From the human T2T-CHM13v2.0 reference genome, Homo sapiens: a stretch of 64,000 bases of DNA. Under the pieces are notes generated by a model. It had not been told where the DNA came from and did no database searches. It was given only the letters and a program-made list of their open reading frames with translations. Of the stretch, positions 28,245 to 42,716 are shown piece by piece. The translations under genes and the position numbers were made by a program. Location: the NCBI RefSeq assembly GCF_009914755.1, contig NC_060931.1, one strand, 5' to 3'. The stretch's first letter is position 1, and each line of letters opens with the position of its first letter.

Positions 28245-28259
28245 TGCCACCTGGTGGCA
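28245..28259 (-). promoter_or_regulatory. Candidate CTCF site (CCACCAGGTGGCA), palindromic
   Basis: tgccacc-t-ggtggca; the minus strand closely matches the CTCF core consensus. Confidence 0.6.
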
Positions 28260-29602
28260 CAGATAAATTCTTAGCTGGACTTAGGTTTTTGGAAACTGAG
28301 CTGTTCTATGAAATACTAACCAACTCTTCTGACTACTCTAACCTCCTCCCAAACAAGTTATTCATCCCACAGTTTAACAATAAATGATCATTTTCATTTC
28401 AAAAATTTTAAGATTTTTAAGCAATTAAACTGTACATATGCACATGACAATTTCCTCAGCATTTAAACATCATAAAACAAAACATTTTTTTCATAAACCA
28501 AAATTATACCAAAGATTTACTTTTTAAAAGTTGAAATGTTTAAATATGGGGGAGGGGGTAAGATGGAGTAACCAAGTTGCTTTGTAAAATTACACTGTAT
28601 AATTAATTCCATGGTAAGAATGTTTTTATGGTGTGTTTTGGTGACCTTTTATGACCATCAAGTTCACAATGCTGGTGGGCTGCCTTTTAATCCCTCCGCA
28701 GACAAAGGCCCTAAATAAACACAGATCCCTTCCTGGGAAAAAGTCCACTCTGGTTAAATGGTAAGGAAATGAGTAAATCATTAGTAATCTTTAAAGCCAA
28801 AGCTATAAACTCAAGTTACCTTAAGTTGAAATGAAAGTGTCCTGCAAGAGTTTCAAAGTTCTGTCACAGATAGAAATCTCCAGCTCTTGACTCCAGACTA
28901 GGCGCCAGCTGATAAACAAACAATTTAAGTCAAGAGCTGGAGAATTCCCAGCTTTTTCATTTAATGGCTTTGGCCAAGAGTATTTATTGCCTCCAGTTTT
29001 ATTCTCACTTAGCTCTAAGAGGAAATTTAAACTCATCATTATCTTAAAGCCCCATATGGGTAGCAGTCAGCTCACCTGATAATAGCTCCTCTTACTCTGC
29101 ACTGATTGTTGAGTCTCTACTAAAAGTGATGTAATAATATAAACTAATTAACCATAGTTTTAGGTTGACTTTTTAACAGGCTAAATAAATTTTGTTCAAT
29201 ATAGTTTACATTCCCACTTTGGATAGTTACAATTCCAAAAAGTTAAACTTTACAGTTTTCAGTAGAAACTACCAACTAAAATGGAAGAGGACAATGTAAT
29301 CTCTCTCTCATTCTTGCATGCTCTGGTCTCTGGCACCCCCACCCCCTAACCCTTGTTCACTAGCTCCTCAATATTGCGTAAGGTAACTTTTCTGTATCAA
29401 ATGTAGACTTTTCCTATTAGCTTGAAATATCCAGTGTTGCTCTATTTCCTAACAGAGCAAAGTGCAGGATTTAAGATGTAAATGCCGAATCATGAAAAGC
29501 TGTTGATTTTATATGTGTACTAATAAGAATGTAAAAGTTCAGTCCAATTAAAGACCATAAGATGTCATCAAACCTTTCTAAATGCTGTATTTAAAAGTCT
29601 GC

Positions 29603-29903
29603 GGCTGGGCGCCATGGCTCACACCTATAATCCCGACACTTTTGAGAGACCGAGGTGGGCAGATCACCTGAGGTCAGGAGTTCGAGGCCAGCCTGGCCAA
29701 CACGGTGAAACCATGTCTCTAGTAAAAATATAAAAAATTAGCCGGGCATGGTAGCTCATGCCTATAATCCCAGCTACATGGGAGGAAGAGGCAGGAGAAT
29801 CATCTGAACCCAAGAGACGGAGGTTGCCGTGAGCTGAGATCACGCCACTGAACTCCAGCCTGGGCAGCAGACCAAGACTTTGTCTCAAAAAAAAACAAAA
29901 AAA
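29603..29903 (+). mobile_element. Alu (AluS-like)
   Basis: Full dimer; TSD aaaagt(c/t)tgc. Confidence 0.95.
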
Positions 29904-32189
29904 GTTTGCTATCAAAGATTACAGGTCTCAAAGTCAGAATTATGTCGCTGCTCTTATTCCTTTCTCAAAATTATCATTTATTTTTAGAAAAACCTCACCT
30001 CTACCCAGGATTTTATATGGAAATAATTATTTTAACTATCTGAATGTTTGTAGATATTTAACAATTACAGTAAACTAACTAGCCTCCTTCCTCCAGCTGC
30101 TTATCTAATGAAAGAATGCTGCAAAAAAAAAAAATGTTATAGCCTAAGGTAAAGGGTTAATAAAATATGCCATTAGTGCATAGAAAAATACTTTTCTTCC
30201 CGTTTCTTAATTTTCACAAAGTTTTATAAAACTATCTTGGCTGTAAAAGCCAATTAACTATTTCAGTGTCTGCCAAGACTAGTTTCTATTCTTTTAATAT
30301 ATGGACATAGTACATTAAATATGTTGGTCACTTAAGAACAAGTACTACTCTCACACATAAGAAGCATTAGGGGAAATGAAATGTAATTAATGATAAAATT
30401 ATTCGTATTCTGGCCTCATACTAAGTTTGATTTTTTAAAATCTCCCTAGGTACAATGTCCTCCTAGAGGCTGTAGTAGATAAACAATTATGATAACCAAA
30501 ACTAACAGTCAATAATAACTCAAAGCAAAAAGATGTCAGATACTAATGTTAAAATTCTTAGTACTCTTTTAAAAGAAATCCACATCTTTCCTATCCCTGT
30601 AGGTAACCTAAGCTAAATGCAAAAAAACAACAATCTTCTACCTTCAGGTCAGGTCAAAATCCCTCCAAGGCAAAAGACAGAAGGCATATCTGCTGCCATA
30701 CTTTCCTTGGACCTGAAGGAAAGATGACTACTATGAAATTTGCATGTAAATTTAAAATGTTCACAACTACATCACCCAAGCAATGCAAAACAGAATTTTA
30801 TGGCAAATACATAGAAAGACAGACTTAAAACTTAACGTCATATACTTTTCATCTGTTAACATTATCAAACCTCAAGAAAATCGGACTTCTTGAAAACTTC
30901 AAATAAGTCTGATAAGGTTTCAGTTTGATTATGGTAGCAAGGCCCTTGTCAAATTCTCAATTACATCTCCTCCTCCCACCTCACTGCCAATGCTATCCAG
31001 GGATCACAAACAAAACAAAATGAAGACATATAATACATAGAGTATACTGGAACTAGTTTCACATTGCTTAGAAATCAATAGATGTTAAAGAAAAATAAAT
31101 TGTACATAAGTAATAGCTTCAGATTTATTTGCTAAATTCACCTTTATATAAACAGGGCTCAGTAGTCCTAAACTGTGACCAGACCCAATTGTGTCTGACT
31201 TACATCCTGAATGGCAATTAAAGGACATTAAAAATACCCTGGGATTACTTCAGGCAGGACCCCTGCCTTATCCATATACTTTCCAGCATAACCATGTAAA
31301 GAGAACACAGGTTCCCCCTCTACCACAGAATAGAGCCTGGCAAGAACAGCTGGTGTCATGGTTACTTGATTGGAAATTACAGTGCAATTAAAATTTGGCC
31401 TTCAGGTCTGGAGATAAAGGAATTGCAAACTGCAAAAGTAAATTTTTAGAAATAAAGTAGCTTGTTGTTGGCAATAATAGTAATTATTACTAACAATAAA
31501 TAATGAGAGCAATAATAAAAAATACTGTAAAAGTGATCACCTTGCCTTCTCTAACACATTCTTCTGTAATTTTCTTAGGCGACAAACTGCTGGAGCTGCC
31601 TCAACCATGTTATCTTGGGCAGTGAGTCACCAGTCTTCTTTGAATGTGTTAAGAACTTAACACCTTATATATGAATTACTGTCTATGACAACTGTTGCAA
31701 GGCAGTCTTAGGCATGCCAAAGAATGTAAAAAGAGATTTTTATGGGCACCTCTTCTTCAGGACTAATTTCAAAGAAACCCTTGGAATTTATTTACCAAAC
31801 ATTTCTGAACTACTTGTGCAAACTGTAGAAAATCCCAGGCTAAAGATATTCTCCAGAGACAGAAAGGATACTTTATGGATACAGAGTGATAAGTAAAATT
31901 ATGGGAAAATGTAAATGGCTAACATAATTGACCCAGTTCTGTGTACTAGTACTGATGAATCTTAACTCATTTCTAAGGAAATGGATTTGTCCCTCAAAGT
32001 AAGGTATACTTTAATTATAAGAGTTACTAAAGTTTTAAATAATAGCAAGTCAGACCAAGGAAAGTCTTATTTTATTTAATTTTTTTAAGATAATGTAATT
32101 CAAGCCTTTCATATAATAGTCAACGCACTAAGTACTTTAAATTTTATAATAAATAACAGCAGTTGCTAATTAAAAAGTAAGTTTTTAAA

Positions 32190-32527
<338 letters not shown>

Positions 32528-32594
32528 TAACTCTTTAAAGACAGGAACCCATGGAGATGAATTATTTTACCAAAATATTTCAAATCATTTTTAA

Positions 32595-32900
32595 AAATTT
32601 TCTTAAACAGCCTTATTGAGGTATAATTGATATACTGCACATATTTAAAGTATACAATTTGGTGAGTTTGGACATATGCAAATACCCATAAAACCACCAC
32701 CACATTCAAGGTAATAAACATTTCCATCACCTCCAAAAGTTTCCTCATGCCCCAAATGTGGTGGTGGTGGTTGCTTTGTGGTAAGAACACCTATCCTGGT
32801 ATCTACCTTCTTAACAAATTTTTAATACTCAACACGATATTGTTAACTACAGGCACTATGTTATACAACAGCTCTCCAGAACTTATTCATTGTGTGTAAC
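32595..32900 (-). mobile_element. L1MA/MB 3' end fragment
   Basis: ttattgaggtataattga...catttccatcacctccaaaagtttcc...ctccagaacttattcat. Confidence 0.75.
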
Positions 32901-34668
32901 AAAAATAAATTCTTACTGAGGTAAGAATAAAACATAAGAATAAATATCACATACAAGACTACTGTATAATCGAAGCACTTGTGAGAGTATCAAAAAAAGA
33001 CCTATTCTGATAGCCCTTCCCCCTCCACACATTATAAACCAAGGCAATTTCAGTTATATGAAATTTGATGGAAGAATTTGCTTTTGGACAAAAACAGCAA
33101 TGTTTCAGCCCAAAGCCAAGTAAAACTGCCAAGTTATAAACTTCTCTAAGAAAACGTTTTAATGGAAATGCCAAAAGACCCTTAACTATAATAGTGTTAG
33201 GTGCCAAAATAGAAATAATTTTTTGTGGTCCTTTTACCATAAATTAGATACAGATCTAGTGGAAAAACAGTAGGTATCCAGTTCAGTGAGCAGTAAGGGC
33301 CAAGCCTGCATGGTTGATTTTAAAAACAATAATGAAGTCTATATGAAACTCACTGAGATTTACCAAGCAAGCCTACCTCTCTAAGAGAAATTTCTTAATA
33401 GGTTTTGTGCTTATTCTAAGAATGCCTCAAACAAATTACTAAAACTTAACTCAGCCAAGTAGAGTATAAAATTTGGTTTTCTGGTATGGAACTGTTATAC
33501 AAACACATACACACAAGTTCAATTATTTAATTTTGACATTAATTCCTACCTAGAACAATACAGTTTAGCAAATCAATGAGGCGTGCCAACATGCAGTGCC
33601 TGGGGCTAACTACAAGCGCCACTTCAGAGTCACTTCAACTTAAGGTCTCTGGGCAAATCTACAGATGTATTAGGCAATCAGTGAGTTTATTCTTCAATTA
33701 TTCAAGCACAGCTATAATGATGCCCTGGGAGCAGACTGAACAGTATTTGGTCATTAGTCACTAGCAATAGTTTTTAATTTAGTTTTAATTTGCTGTATGT
33801 CTAGCATTCATTATAGACGAGAGCTGATCAAGTTGGAACCAACACTGTGGTAGCAGACCCACTGCGTGTGTGCGCGCACACACACACACCCACCCACCCA
33901 CACACGTGTATGTATCCAAAATGGCATGACTAAACAACATGAGACATTAAATAAGGATTACAACTTTCATAAAAATGTGATTTGCACAAGTTAATAGGGC
34001 ATCATACTTATGAGACCTGTGTCATGGGCTAATTTATATAAAGCCCAGTTCACTTTACTTTGGAAACAACAAACTAATAAACAAAGGCATGGTATTAGAC
34101 ATACGGGGAGTCAGGTACAGGTTATTCAATTGAACAAACTCTGAGTGAAACAACTGCTAAGTCTGGTGATACAAAGATAAATGTTCCATGAACACACCAA
34201 GCTAGTTCAATGCCTCAGAGCCCTTACAGAGCAACTCCTTTCAGTGAAACACTCTTCTCTAAACCTTTTCATTCAAATTTCTGCTTAAATATCACTTCCC
34301 CAGAAAGGGCATCCCATCCACTATCCAAAAGAGCACTCTCAATACTTTCTATCTCCCAAACTGTTACTCTTCCTTTTTTTTTTCCTTCATAGCAATTATC
34401 ACTGAAATTATTTTTATGTTAACTCTCTCTATTCCTCTATAAGTTTCAAGAGGCAAAGGACTTTGAGTATCTTTAAAGCCTTATCCCTAGTGCCTTCTTT
34501 GTATGAACTGGAAAATAAGGCAAGTCCCTTGTGGTGAAGATGCTGTCAGCATAATACAGAAGATGAGATTAAAGTGTATAATCAGAAACAAGTAGATAAT
34601 CTTATAAGGACTATATAAATAATTTCAAGTACAAGATATTTTGTTGAAGAAAGAAATGCAGACCTTGA

Positions 34669-35000
<332 letters not shown>

Positions 35001-35029
35001 TGTAATCTCTTTCTAAAAGTACCAGGCTC

Positions 35030-35325
35030 AGCCAGACACAGGGGCTCACACCTGTAATCCCAGCACTTTGGGAGGCCAACGCAGGAGGATCACTTGGGCC
35101 TAAGAGTTGGAGATCAGCCTGGGCAGCACAGCCAGACCCCATCACTACAAAAAAAATTTAAAAATTAGCTGGGCATGGTGGTGCATGCCTATAGTCCTAG
35201 ATATTCCAGAGAATTCCTAGATATTCCAAGCAGAAGACTGCTTGAACCCAGGAGTTCAAGGATGCAGTAAGCTATTATTGCATCACTGCACTCCAGCCTG
35301 GATGACAGAGACCATCTCCAAAAAA
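35030..35325 (+). mobile_element. Alu (AluJ-like), head-to-head with the preceding Alu
   Basis: gaggatcacttg...cccaggagttcaagg; internal ctagatattcca duplication. Confidence 0.9.
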
Positions 35326-35700
35326 ATATATATATATTATTTATATATATATTATATATATATTTTATATATATAGGATATATATATCCAAAAATATATA
35401 TATTATATTTACATAATATATAAATATATATAATATAATTTATATATATTACATATAAAAATTATATAAATTATAATTTATATATATTCATATAAATATA
35501 TTTATATATATTTATATAAATATATTTTATATAAATATATATATTTATATAAATATATTTATATAAATATATATATTTATATTTATATTTATATATTTAT
35601 CTTTCTGAAGCTGTCCTCCAGGTTATCTCCAGATTATTTAACTCTCTTTGAAGTGTAAGCTAAGTGCCTCTACATTTTGTTTTATATATATATATATAAA
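35326..35700. repeat. TA-rich microsatellite grown from the Alu tail, interrupted by an 88-bp insert
   Basis: Almost pure A/T at 35326-35593 and 35682-35700. Confidence 0.92.
35594..35681 (-). repeat. Inverted local duplication of 36705-36792 (88 bp, 4 mismatches)
   Basis: Manual reverse-complement alignment, ungapped. Confidence 0.95.
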
Positions 35701-35998
35701 AGAATAAATTGAAAGAAGTTTCCCTGGATGGTAGAAAGAGCCTCGTTTAGATAGATAGACAGATAAAGCACAACAACAAAAAAATAAAGGTGGTAGGAGA
35801 ATTATATGAACTAATTCCCTTTCTTCTTTATTTAAAGAATATGTACTAAGGAACTGTCAAATCTAATTCCAAATTCCACTGGTTCCCCCCAGGTTGTTGC
35901 TGGGAAGAAATTTTAAGAAATTTCCAGTTGATCTTTAACAGAAACTTTCCATTTCCAGAACTAAAAGTCCTTCTGTTGGCCTGGAATCAGCTGTATAG

Positions 35999-36337
<339 letters not shown>

Positions 36338-37659
36338 TAAATCTAGTGTTATTCTCTCTTTAAATATCCAGAAAGCTGACTATGAGATAAAAGTGTAAAT
36401 AATAAAAGTCAACCGAGATGGGATGAGGACTGTTTCTTTATAGTGCCTAGAATGCTGTTAGAGATTAAACTGGTAATGAGGAGTTCCATTTCTGCTTGTT
36501 AAATACTTCTGTAACTATTTGCAAGTATTAGTATGTTTTTCTAAATTCTAAACTTTTAATGTAAGAACTTCCTCTTTAAGTTGTTCTGAGTATTTCTCTC
36601 TTATCTCATCCCCACTAAATTGATCATAATCACACTCGCCACAATGGCACCTAATATTACAATACAACATTTTAAACATAGTATATGCCTGCTACCTGAC
36701 TGATAACAAAATGTAGAGGCAGTTAGCTTACACTTCACAGAGAGGTAAATAATCTGGAGATAACCTGGAGGACAGCTTCAGAAAGATGAATAACCGCAAG
36801 AAGGCTCAAAATATTTAACATCAGTCTTGAATTTTAAAGAAGAAAAGATTCTTGATTCAACCAACCATACTTTATTGTCTACAAGGAGATATACATTGGA
36901 GATATAAAATTAAATAAGACATGGTGTCTGCCCTCTTCAGTCTAGTAGAAGAGACAGGCACAAACATAAGCATAACACAGTTGTCCTTGCAATAGCATGG
37001 ATTTCATACTATCATTGTTGCTATATAAAAATCCTCTCATCCCTTTGCTTTCAACTATAATTCTGTTCAATTCACAAATCCTTATATCTAAAAACAGATC
37101 TTATCCCATTAAACTAAAACATGTTAAAGATATGTCAAGGTATCACTTTACTTTTCTTTCTCTGGAGGCTTATTTGATGAAACAGCACTAGTCAGGTGGA
37201 TCTCAATCAGGAAAGACCCCAAAAACTGGTTCCATCCCAATCCATCCACAGAACAAATGCCCCTTAGAGCCAGTTAACAAACATTCCAGGATGGACCTAA
37301 CCTAATAGGACTGATCTGATCTCTCCTGAGTTCTCCAGATTCAAGAATAGTGGCTTCTCAATGATTCTTCTCGTGTGAATCTAAAACAGAAATGTTAAGC
37401 CTCTAATCTTAACAGAAATGTTAAGATTATAAAATAGCCTCTGAGGACTAGGAAATATGGCGATTCCCTGTTTTTACTACATGCCAGTGCCTATCAGCTA
37501 GCAACATAGGAGATAGGGAAGCAGTTGCCGGGGTAAATAAAATGGATACAAATGGAGTTATGAGAATCCCTTCTGATAACTATGACTGCTATGAAGAAGA
37601 CAGGAGGCCACCAAGGAACGAGACTGAAGGGAGGAAGGTGTGACATAGTGTGGGAAGAA

Positions 37660-37810
37660 CATTAGATTTAGCTGGAAAACTGATTCTAGTCCTAGAGTTG
37701 CTAACAACCTAGAGAACCCTGGGCAAGTCACTTATCCTCTTTGAACCTCGATTTTTCCATCTATAAAATGTTAATAGAGTTAAATTAAATTATTAGTAAG
37801 GTCCTTTCTA
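37660..37810 (+). mobile_element. MIR fragment
   Basis: ccctgggcaagtcacttatcctctttgaacctcgatttttccatctataaaatg. Confidence 0.75.
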
Positions 37811-38319
37811 ATAATAAAACTGAAGTCTAGGAGCACAAGAGACGTTTAACAGCTAGACATACTACCGCCATGCACTGCATAATGACATTTCAGTCAATGA
37901 CAGGCTGCATATACAACACTGGTCCCATGAGATCATCACGGAACTGAAAAATTCCAGTCACCTAGTAATGTCACAGCACAATGCATTATTCATGTTTGTG
38001 GTGATGCTGGTATAAACAAACCTACTGCACTGCTAGTCAAATAAAAGTGTAGCACACAACAATTATGTACAGCACATAATACTTGCTAATGAAAATAAAA
38101 CAACTCCGCTACTAGTTTATGGATTTACTATATTTTTAGAGTAAATAGAGTATAATCCTTCTATTGATAAAGAAAAGTAAGCTATAAAAAAACCCCAGGC
38201 AGGTCCTTCAGGAGGTATTCCAGAAGAAAGCATTGTTATCTTAAGACATTATGGCTCCATGCCTGTTAATTGCCCCTGAAGACCTTTCCAGTGAGACAAG
38301 ATGTAGAAGTGAAAGACAG

Positions 38320-38763
38320 TGTGTCTAAATGGACTACCATTTAGTGTTGCTATAAAGGAATACCCAAGGCTGGATAATTTATAAAGAATAGAGGTTTATT
38401 TGGCTCGCAGTTCTGCAAGCTACACAAGAAGCATGGCACTAGCACCAATGCATTTTCTGAGGGCCTCAGGCTGCTTCCTCTCACGGCAGAAAGTGAAGGG
38501 GAGCCAGCACGTGCAGAGATCACAGGGCAAAAGAGGAAGCAAGAGAAAGAAGGGGAAGGGGCCAGACTCATTTTAACAACCAGATATTGTGGGAATTAAG
38601 ACTGAGAATTCACTCACTCCTCACCTCCAAGGAATAGCATTAATCTATTCACGAGGGATCTACCTCCATGGCCCAAATACTTCCCATGAGGCCTCTCCTC
38701 CAACACTGGGGATCAAATTTCAACATGAGGTCTGGAGGGCTCATATATCCAAACCACACAGCA
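38320..38763 (-). mobile_element. MST-type MaLR solo LTR nested in Tigger3
   Basis: gttgctataaaggaatacccaaggctgg...ggggatcaaatttcaacatgagg...atatccaaacc. Confidence 0.85.
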
Positions 38764-38834
38764 CAGTAATATCAAATGAGTGAATGTGAAGGCTTAGGAA
38801 AGGCCCAGGCTAATGTGTGTGATCATGTCTTCGT

Positions 38835-39139
38835 TGTTTTTTTTGTTTGTTTGTTTTTTAATATAGGGTTTTTCTGTCGCCTAGGCTGTAGTGCAGTGGT
38901 GCCATCACGACTCACTGCACCCTCAATCTTCCAGGCTCAATCGACTCTCCCACCTCAGCCTCCTAAGTAGATGGGACTACAGGTGCACACCACCATGCCC
39001 AACTGATTTTTCTATTTTTTGCAGAGAAGGAGTCTTGCCATATTACCCAGGCTGGTCTTGAACTTCCGGGCTCAAGTGATGTGCTCGCCTTGGCCTCCCA
39101 AAGTGCTGGAATTACAGGCATGAGCCACTGCGCCCAGCC
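38835..39139 (-). mobile_element. Alu (AluJ-like) nested in Tigger3
   Basis: Reverse dimer. Confidence 0.9.
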
Positions 39140-41011
39140 CCCATGTCTTCCTTTTTTAGAAAAGAGTTAAAAGGTAAAAAAAAAAAAATTTTTAATTAAT
39201 AGAAAAAAAGCTTATAAAATAAGAATATCAGGAAAAAATATTTTTGTACAGCTGTATAATGTGTTGCTGTTTCGAGTATTATTACAAGAGTCAGAAAGTT
39301 TTTTAGAAATTTAAGTTTGTAAAGTAAAAATGTTACAGTAAGCTGAAGTTGATTTATTATTGAAGAAAAATATTTTTTATAAGTTTAGTGTACCCTAAGA
39401 ATACAGTGTTTATCAAGTCTACAGCAGTGTACAGTAATGTCCTGGGCCTTCACATTCACTCACCGACTCATCCAGAGCAATTTCCAGACTCACAAGCTCC
39501 ATTTATGGTAAGTGGCCCTATACAGGTGTGCCATTTTTTATCTTTTATATTGTATTTAATATTGTACCTTTTCTAGGTTTAGATATGTTTAGAAACACAA
39601 ATACTTACCATTGTGTTACAACTGCCTACAGTATTCAGTATAGTAACATGTTGTATAGGTTTATAGCCTAGGAGCAATAGACTATGGCAATATAGCCTAG
39701 ATTCAGGTTTGTGTAAGTACACTCTATGATGTTAGAACAATGACGCAATTGCTTAACATTAAGTGACACAACACTGCATTTGATCTCAGCAGTCCTAACA
39801 CTATAACAACTTATATTAAATTTTCACCAACTTGGTCAAAACTCAGTTACCTGGTTGAAAATGGCTGACGACAGATACCAGACAGCCACCCTCTCCAGAA
39901 AGAAGAGCCAAAATTAGGAATAAAAATACCTCAAATAGAAGAGAACACTAGAGTCCAAGGGTGAATTCACAGCAAACACCAGAGGCATAGAAAGAGAAGA
40001 AAGGAAGCAGCCAGCTTAACCAAGATCAACCAAGAGCCCCGAGGGACTCCCTATTACAGGAAAACGGTAAGTAAAAGAGCTTCAGCAGTCCACGTCTCTG
40101 CAATGGACTGTTGCGATATGAACCACAAGAGAGCTCCTCTACTTACATGAACCCTGACACTAGCGCAGGTGGAGATCTGGAAACCCTGCAAGGGCAGGCA
40201 CTGCACCAGACAGGAAACTCATCCTGGGTCATTCACCATCCCCCAAGACCTGAATGGCTGTGGTGGCACAGCACTGGCTGGGTCCAAAGTGCTTTAACCC
40301 ACAGGGTATACTACTCCCCAGGAAAAAAATGGTGCAGTGCGCTGAAAGGCAGTACCTGGGACAAAGGAAACTGAAGCACACTCTACAGTGTCTGAGAGCT
40401 CCCTGTCTGGGGCTGTGAGAAATGACTCCAAGCCCAGCAATTCACAAACCCTGTGCTTGGCTTTGCAAAGGAAGAGTGAACTCTTCTCCTACTGGTGGAG
40501 CAGCCTCTGTGATCAAGCTCTCACACAGAGCATGGTACCCTTCCCCCTGCTCTGTACACTTGCTCCTGCTATCACCGGAGGCTGGGCCAGGCAAGCTGGA
40601 GGGCTACCTATCCGGGGCAGAGAGTGGTGACTGAAATCCCACTGGCAGCATGGCCTCCATGCTAAGGCTCACATGCAAAGGCAGGGCCCATACACCACTC
40701 TGTATAGCATGGCAGCATTGCTGCTATAGACGGCAGAAAAGCCTGGTAGCAACATGTCTGGGGCTGTTGGGGGTGACCCTGTATTGCAGCCACAACCAGT
40801 ATCGCAGCCACCACCATCACCAGCCCACGCAGATAGGGACCCAGAAGGTAATCAAACCACCACTATTGCCATTGCCCATACCACTCCAGCTGACCAGTGA
40901 CATAAGAACCTGCTCACCTACCCAGCCCCCGCTGCCACTACTGGCATTGGAGTAAGCCATGTGAAAGCCCAAGAATTGGTCCACTGGTAACCACTGACAC
41001 AGGTGCCAGCA

Positions 41012-41421
41012 TGTATGAGGCTGTTCTTGCATTGCTATAAAGAAATACCTGAGGCTGGGTATTATAAATAAAAGAAGTTAATTGGCTTTTGGATCTGCAG
41101 GTTGTCAGGAAGCATGGCATCAGCATCTGCACAGCTTTTGGATAACCCTCAGGGAGCTTTTTCTCATAGTGGAAGGCAAAGGCGGAGTGGGCATATTACA
41201 TGGCCAGAGTGGGAGCAAGAGAGAAGGGGGAAGGTGCCACACACTTTTAAACAAGCAGGTCTCCTGAGTAGTTACTCATTATTGCAAGGACAGCACCAAG
41301 GGGATGGTGTTAAACTTTCATAAGAAATCTGCCCCCGTGACCTCCCACCAGGCTTCACCTCCAACACTGGGGATTACATATCAACATGAGACTTGGGGAG
41401 ACAAATATCCAAACTGTATCA
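41012..41421 (-). mobile_element. MST-type MaLR solo LTR nested in the L1 5' UTR
   Basis: gcattgctataaagaaatacctgaggctggg...ggacaaatatccaaactgtatca. Confidence 0.88.
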
Positions 41422-42416
41422 ATTGCCCTGGGGAACAAAGCATGCACAGCCCACTGCTGCCACCACTAGGGCCTGAACACTGGCCTACCTGGCTTCCCAG
41501 TCCACACCACAACTTCACCACAGCTTCCACTAATAACTTCACCCTAACCCTCCAAGGAAATAACAGATACCAGAAAAGCTATTTACAGCCAAGGAAACCA
41601 TGCAGTGACTATAATACTGCATGCAACCGTAATCAAAGCCAAAGAGCCCTGCTCAATCATGAAACCACAGATACACCTTTAAGAAAAAGTCTTCCCCTAT
41701 AAAAAGTAAATTCAAAAATAGGAGGAAGAGACTGTTACACCAGATGCACAGATATCAACATGAGGACACAGGAAACATGAAAAAGCAAGGAAATATGACA
41801 TCTCCAAAGGAATACAACAATTCTACAACAATATATTTTAATTTTTAAAAATCTTCAAAATTCCAGATAATACATTTAAAATATTGATTTTAAAGAAGCT
41901 CAGTGAAAAACAGATTAATTCCAAAACACAATGCAAACAAATCAGAATAACAATTAAGGATATGAATGTGAAATTTACCGAAGAGATAGATATCTTTAAG
42001 AAGCAACAAGTAGAAACTCTGGAACTAAAGAACTTATTGGAGGAAATATAAAATACATTAGAAAGCTTCAACAATAAACTACACAAGGAGAAGATAAAAA
42101 GCTCAGAACTTGAAGATAGATTTTTTGAAATAATGCAGTCAGACAAAAATAAAGAATTAAAAAGAATGAGTAAAGCATTCATGACATTTGGGACAACATA
42201 CAGTGACCAAATATACAAATCATCAGTATCTCCAAACCCACAGAGAAAGTGAAAAGATCAGAAAATCTATTTAATGAAAGAATAGGTGAAAACTTCCTAA
42301 GTCTAGCAAGAGATTTAAATATTCAGATACAGGAGGTTCACCAATTCCCAGAAAGATACAATGCTAAAAGATCTTCTTCACTACACATTTTAATCAGACT
42401 GTCTAAAGTCGAATCC

Positions 42417-42716
42417 AGCAGGATATGGTAGCTCACTCCTGTAATCCCAACACTTTAGGAAGCCAAGGTGGAGGAGCGCTTGAGCCCAGGAGTTTGAGAT
42501 CAGCCTGGGCAATATACTGAGATTCCATCACTACAAAACTTTTAAATTAGCTGGGCATTGTGATGCGTACCTGTGGTCCCAGCTACTCAGGAGGTTGGGG
42601 TTGGGGGGAATCGCTTGAACCCAGGAGTTCAAGGGTGCAGTGAACTTTGATCACACCACTGCACTCCAGCCTGGGCAACAGACTGAGACCTTGTTTCTAA
42701 TAAACAAATAAATAAA
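42417..42716 (+). mobile_element. Alu (AluJ-like) nested in L1 ORF1
   Basis: Full dimer. Confidence 0.9.

Larger units (their letters stand above)
37863..39778. mobile_element. Tigger3 (Golem/MER7)-type DNA transposon with nested MST LTR and Alu
   Basis: gcataatgacatttcagtcaatgac...ggtcccat...; gtacagtaatgtcctgggccttcacattcactcacc; gtgtaagtacactctatgatgtt. Confidence 0.85.

Noticed and set aside
40111-41702. Cluster of overlapping ORFs in GC-richer DNA
   Set aside because: Explained by a decayed L1 5' UTR plus a nested MST LTR
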